DNA of 64,000 nucleotides from Bacteroidales bacterium (GTDB lineage Bacteria; Bacteroidota; Bacteroidia; Bacteroidales; UBA3663): NCBI GenBank assembly GCA_045627785.1, contig JAZQOF010000004.1, positions 117,948 to 181,947 of the forward strand, read 5' to 3'. Shown piece by piece: positions 62,277 to 64,000 of this stretch (position 1 is its first letter; each line of letters starts with the position of its first letter). The notes under the pieces were generated by a model. It saw only the letters and a program-made list of their open reading frames with translations, ran no database searches and was not told where the DNA came from. The position numbers and the translations under genes were made by a program.

Positions 62277-62691
62277 ATTTCCGAGCATCGAAACAAGGAC
62301 AGGATTTTGTCAGACGGAATCCCAGGAAGTCGCGGTGTCCGCATATTTCTGCGTCCGGGTATTTCTGTTTCAGTTCCACCAGGAGTTCGTGCATCGTCAC
62401 GAGCTGCTCAGCGGTGCGGGTATCTTCGTGCTTGCCATCCTCTGTGACACCGCCCTCGTAACATATTCCGATACTCTTCTGGTTGAATCCCTTCACATGC
62501 GCACCCACTTTCTCCTCAGGTCTGCAGGGGTGCAGAGTTCCGTCGCGTGTGATGTAATAATGGTACCCGATATCGTCCCATCCACGTCCTTTCACATGAC
62601 TTCGCCACAGCTTTGCCTTGGTGAAGTCGACACTGGGTCGCGTTGCGCTGCAATGTATCACCAGCCATTTGATTTCTCTTTCCATAGACAT
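62233..62691 (-). CDS. N-acetylmuramoyl-L-alanine amidase (Amidase_2 / T7-lysozyme / PGRP fold)
   Basis: 152 aa. Motifs are VIHCSAT, GWDDIGYHYYITRDG, GAHVKGFNQKSIGICYEGG and ICGHRDF, which include the zinc ligands. Confidence 0.88.
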   Translation of the reverse strand: MSMEREIKWLVIHCSATRPSVDFTKAKLWRSHVKGRGWDDIGYHYYITRDGTLHPCRPEEKVGAHVKGFNQKSIGICYEGGVTEDGKHEDTRTAEQLVTMHELLVELKQKYPDAEICGHRDFLGFRLTKSCPCFDARKYYSYLENGLPRSQK

Positions 62692-62733
62692 TGGTAATTA
62701 TTTGATTTTTACTTCTTTTGTAGATCTACGTTG

Positions 62734-62741
62734 CAAAGATA
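62734..62741 (-). promoter_or_regulatory. -7 box (TATCTTTG) for the amidase operon
   Basis: The minus-strand sequence matches TAnnTTTG and lies about 43 nt upstream of the amidase ATG. Confidence 0.45.
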
Positions 62742-63071
62742 CGCATCCTGTAAAACTCAAATCCCTTTATGTCTCTTTGTGTCCAACTTCTCCCTTTTTT
62801 TCTTGATTTTTTTTCAAAAAAAATACTTGTTTCATCATGTAATCATGTTAAAAGTACTTTTTTCAAATTTTTTAATCAGAATAATGCACGTTTATATTAA
62901 AATGTTGTATCTTTGCGCATATAATTTTCATGAAAATTCATTTACTGTTATCACGCTTATTTACCATAGGCTGATAATAATTGTTAAACTTATTAATTAT
63001 TTTTCATTATGTTTAGAACATGTAATTTCCTTTCAAAGGATGGAAACAACCATTATTCTGCTAATTTTGTT

Positions 63072-63082
63072 AGCTGTCAGTT
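63072..63082. promoter_or_regulatory. Imperfect palindrome AGCTGTCAGTT, distal copy of the candidate operator
   Basis: It shares CTGTCAGTT with the perfect palindrome at 63123. Confidence 0.35.
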
Positions 63083-63122
63083 AAAAATCCTACAAAAAAT
63101 ATGCTTGTTTAGTAGAAAAACT

Positions 63123-63137
63123 ACAACTGTCAGTTGT
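63123..63137. promoter_or_regulatory. Perfect 7-1-7 palindrome ACAACTGTCAGTTGT, candidate operator for the XRE regulator
   Basis: It ends 19 bp upstream of the -7 box at 63156. This places it over the expected -33 region of the promoter. Confidence 0.45.
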
Positions 63138-63155
63138 ATTTATTGAAATAATCAT

Positions 63156-63163
63156 TAACTTTG
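63156..63163 (+). promoter_or_regulatory. -7 box (TAACTTTG) for the HigB-like / XRE operon
   Basis: It matches TAnnTTTG. It overlaps the TTG start proposed in the track (63161), which argues for the ATG at 63185. Confidence 0.45.
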
Positions 63164-63184
63164 TACCGTCTAAATATTATCAAT

Positions 63185-63736
63185 ATGACATTTGATAAGA
63201 TTCTTGACAATAACACCCTTTGGGCTGTAAGATATGATGAAGCAGAAGATAATGTTCTTCAACAACTGTTCAGTCAATGGAATGATCCAGAATGGCTTGT
63301 AGATTTCTTCTTGGAAAACATGTCAGACTTGGAATCTTATTTTAAGATTACTGACATCAATCGGGCAATATTCGATACTATAGATGATAGCATGCGTATG
63401 CAATGTCTTATTCTGGATATTTCACCTGATGCAGATCTTGACCGCATTTTTCGTCCGTTGCATAACAGTCAGACAAGAGAGATTGTTCTGGGGAAAGAAA
63501 AAGCTAGAATAAAAGATCGACCAGAACATGCTTCATGGCTTCGTATCTATGCTATAAAGTTAGAGCCTGGATGTTATATAATTACAGGAGGAGCAATTAA
63601 ACTAACACGTACAATGCAGGAACGAGAACATACACTTTTGGAACTTAACAAAATGGAGAAAGTTCGAAACTTCTTACTATGTAGTGGAGCGATTGATTCC
63701 GATGCTTTTAATGACTATTTATCTGAGATACAATAA
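63185..63736 (+). CDS. Hypothetical protein with C-terminal RelE/HigB (Gp49)-like toxin signature
   Basis: 183 aa from the ATG. The C-terminal WLRIYAIKLEPGCYIITGGAIKLTRTMQEREHTLLELNKMEKVRNFL follows the HigB/Gp49 pattern (RxxY, then GG.xK, then Q). An XRE gene follows 11 nt later. The roughly 100 aa N-terminal part is unassigned. Confidence 0.4.
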   Translation: MTFDKILDNNTLWAVRYDEAEDNVLQQLFSQWNDPEWLVDFFLENMSDLESYFKITDINRAIFDTIDDSMRMQCLILDISPDADLDRIFRPLHNSQTREIVLGKEKARIKDRPEHASWLRIYAIKLEPGCYIITGGAIKLTRTMQEREHTLLELNKMEKVRNFLLCSGAIDSDAFNDYLSEIQ

Positions 63737-63747
63737 TTGAATACTTT

Positions 63748-64000
63748 ATGAGACAGAAGACTTTGGAATTTATTGAGGCAAATCAGAGTAAAACGCCATC
63801 TAAGTGGCGCGAAGAAGCAGAGTGGAGACAAGAGAATTCATCTTGGTTGCGTCATTCTCAACAGATTGCTGTGACTGTTCTTCTTAAGATGAAAGAACAA
63901 AAACTTAGTCAGAAAGCTCTGGCTGAACGGATGAACTGTACTCAACAGTATGTTTCAAAGATTCTTAAGGGCAAGGAAAATATGTCTCTTGACACAATTA
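63748..64000 (+). CDS. XRE-family helix-turn-helix regulator (probable antitoxin), 3' end outside the window
   Basis: Hand translation gives MRQKTLEFIEANQSKTPSKWREEAEWRQENSSWLRHSQQIAVTVLLKMKEQKLSQKALAERMNCTQQYVSKILKGKENMSLDT. The HTH segment is SQKALAERMNCTQQYVSKILKG. Confidence 0.7.
   Translation, partial: MRQKTLEFIEANQSKTPSKWREEAEWRQENSSWLRHSQQIAVTVLLKMKEQKLSQKALAERMNCTQQYVSKILKGKENMSLDTI

Noticed and set aside
62111-62344. Start of the 347 aa ORF at 62344.
   Set aside because: It overlaps the amidase coding region by about 110 nt in another frame and consists of tandem-repeat translation. I kept 62110 as the main start, with 62236 as an alternative.
60981-62691. Amidase plus small TM peptide as a prophage lysis cassette.
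   Set aside because: There are no capsid, tail, terminase, integrase or repressor genes in the window. From memory, the amidase plus small-peptide arrangement is a conserved chromosomal locus in Bacteroidales. A holin-like role for the peptide remains possible.
62140-62697. A 185 aa + strand ORF.
   Set aside because: It is antisense to the well-supported Amidase_2 gene and to the repeat tract, and has no motifs.

Overview
This is a chromosomal segment of a Bacteroidales genome, probably Prevotellaceae. The assignment rests on TAnnTTTG -7 promoter boxes, T9SS C-terminal sorting domains, a Bacteroidetes-type short sigma-A and a Rho with a long N-terminal insert. Positions 1-43 kb are mostly housekeeping genes: recQ fragment, ABC-F, rho, TamB-like, NamZ/DUF1343, HD, dnaJ, polyferredoxin plus TAT aldo-keto reductase, NatAB-like ABC exporter, beta-carbonic anhydrase, DMT, tRNA-Asn, an acyltransferase, CinA/PncC, Cache-PP2C phosphatase, ACT plus UPF0210, rpoD, holB, class-3 fbp, folC and gyrA. 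GH9, GH31, GH43 and GH3 glycosidases are scattered among them. Positions 43-61 kb look accessory and encode almost only exported proteins. Two uncharacterised secreted proteins come first. Next are two cassettes of small lipoprotein, (5'-nucleotidase lipoprotein) and C10 streptopain-like cysteine protease with a T9SS tail. A YafQ/RHH toxin-antitoxin pair follows, then a NhaC transporter divergent from a lipoprotein PSD/PsiD-like decarboxylase, an S28/S37-like T9SS peptidase and a third, orphan small lipoprotein. Four promoters in this block carry a TGCAAAACGTC element 71-72 bp upstream of the -7 box. The block is partitioned by three copies of a hairpin-containing repeat and two oppositely oriented copies of an element with inverted-repeat ends. 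The window ends with an amidase, tandem repeats, a hypothetical gene and a small-peptide gene, then a HigB/Gp49-like gene with an XRE regulator. No rRNA, CRISPR array, transposase or integrase was seen.
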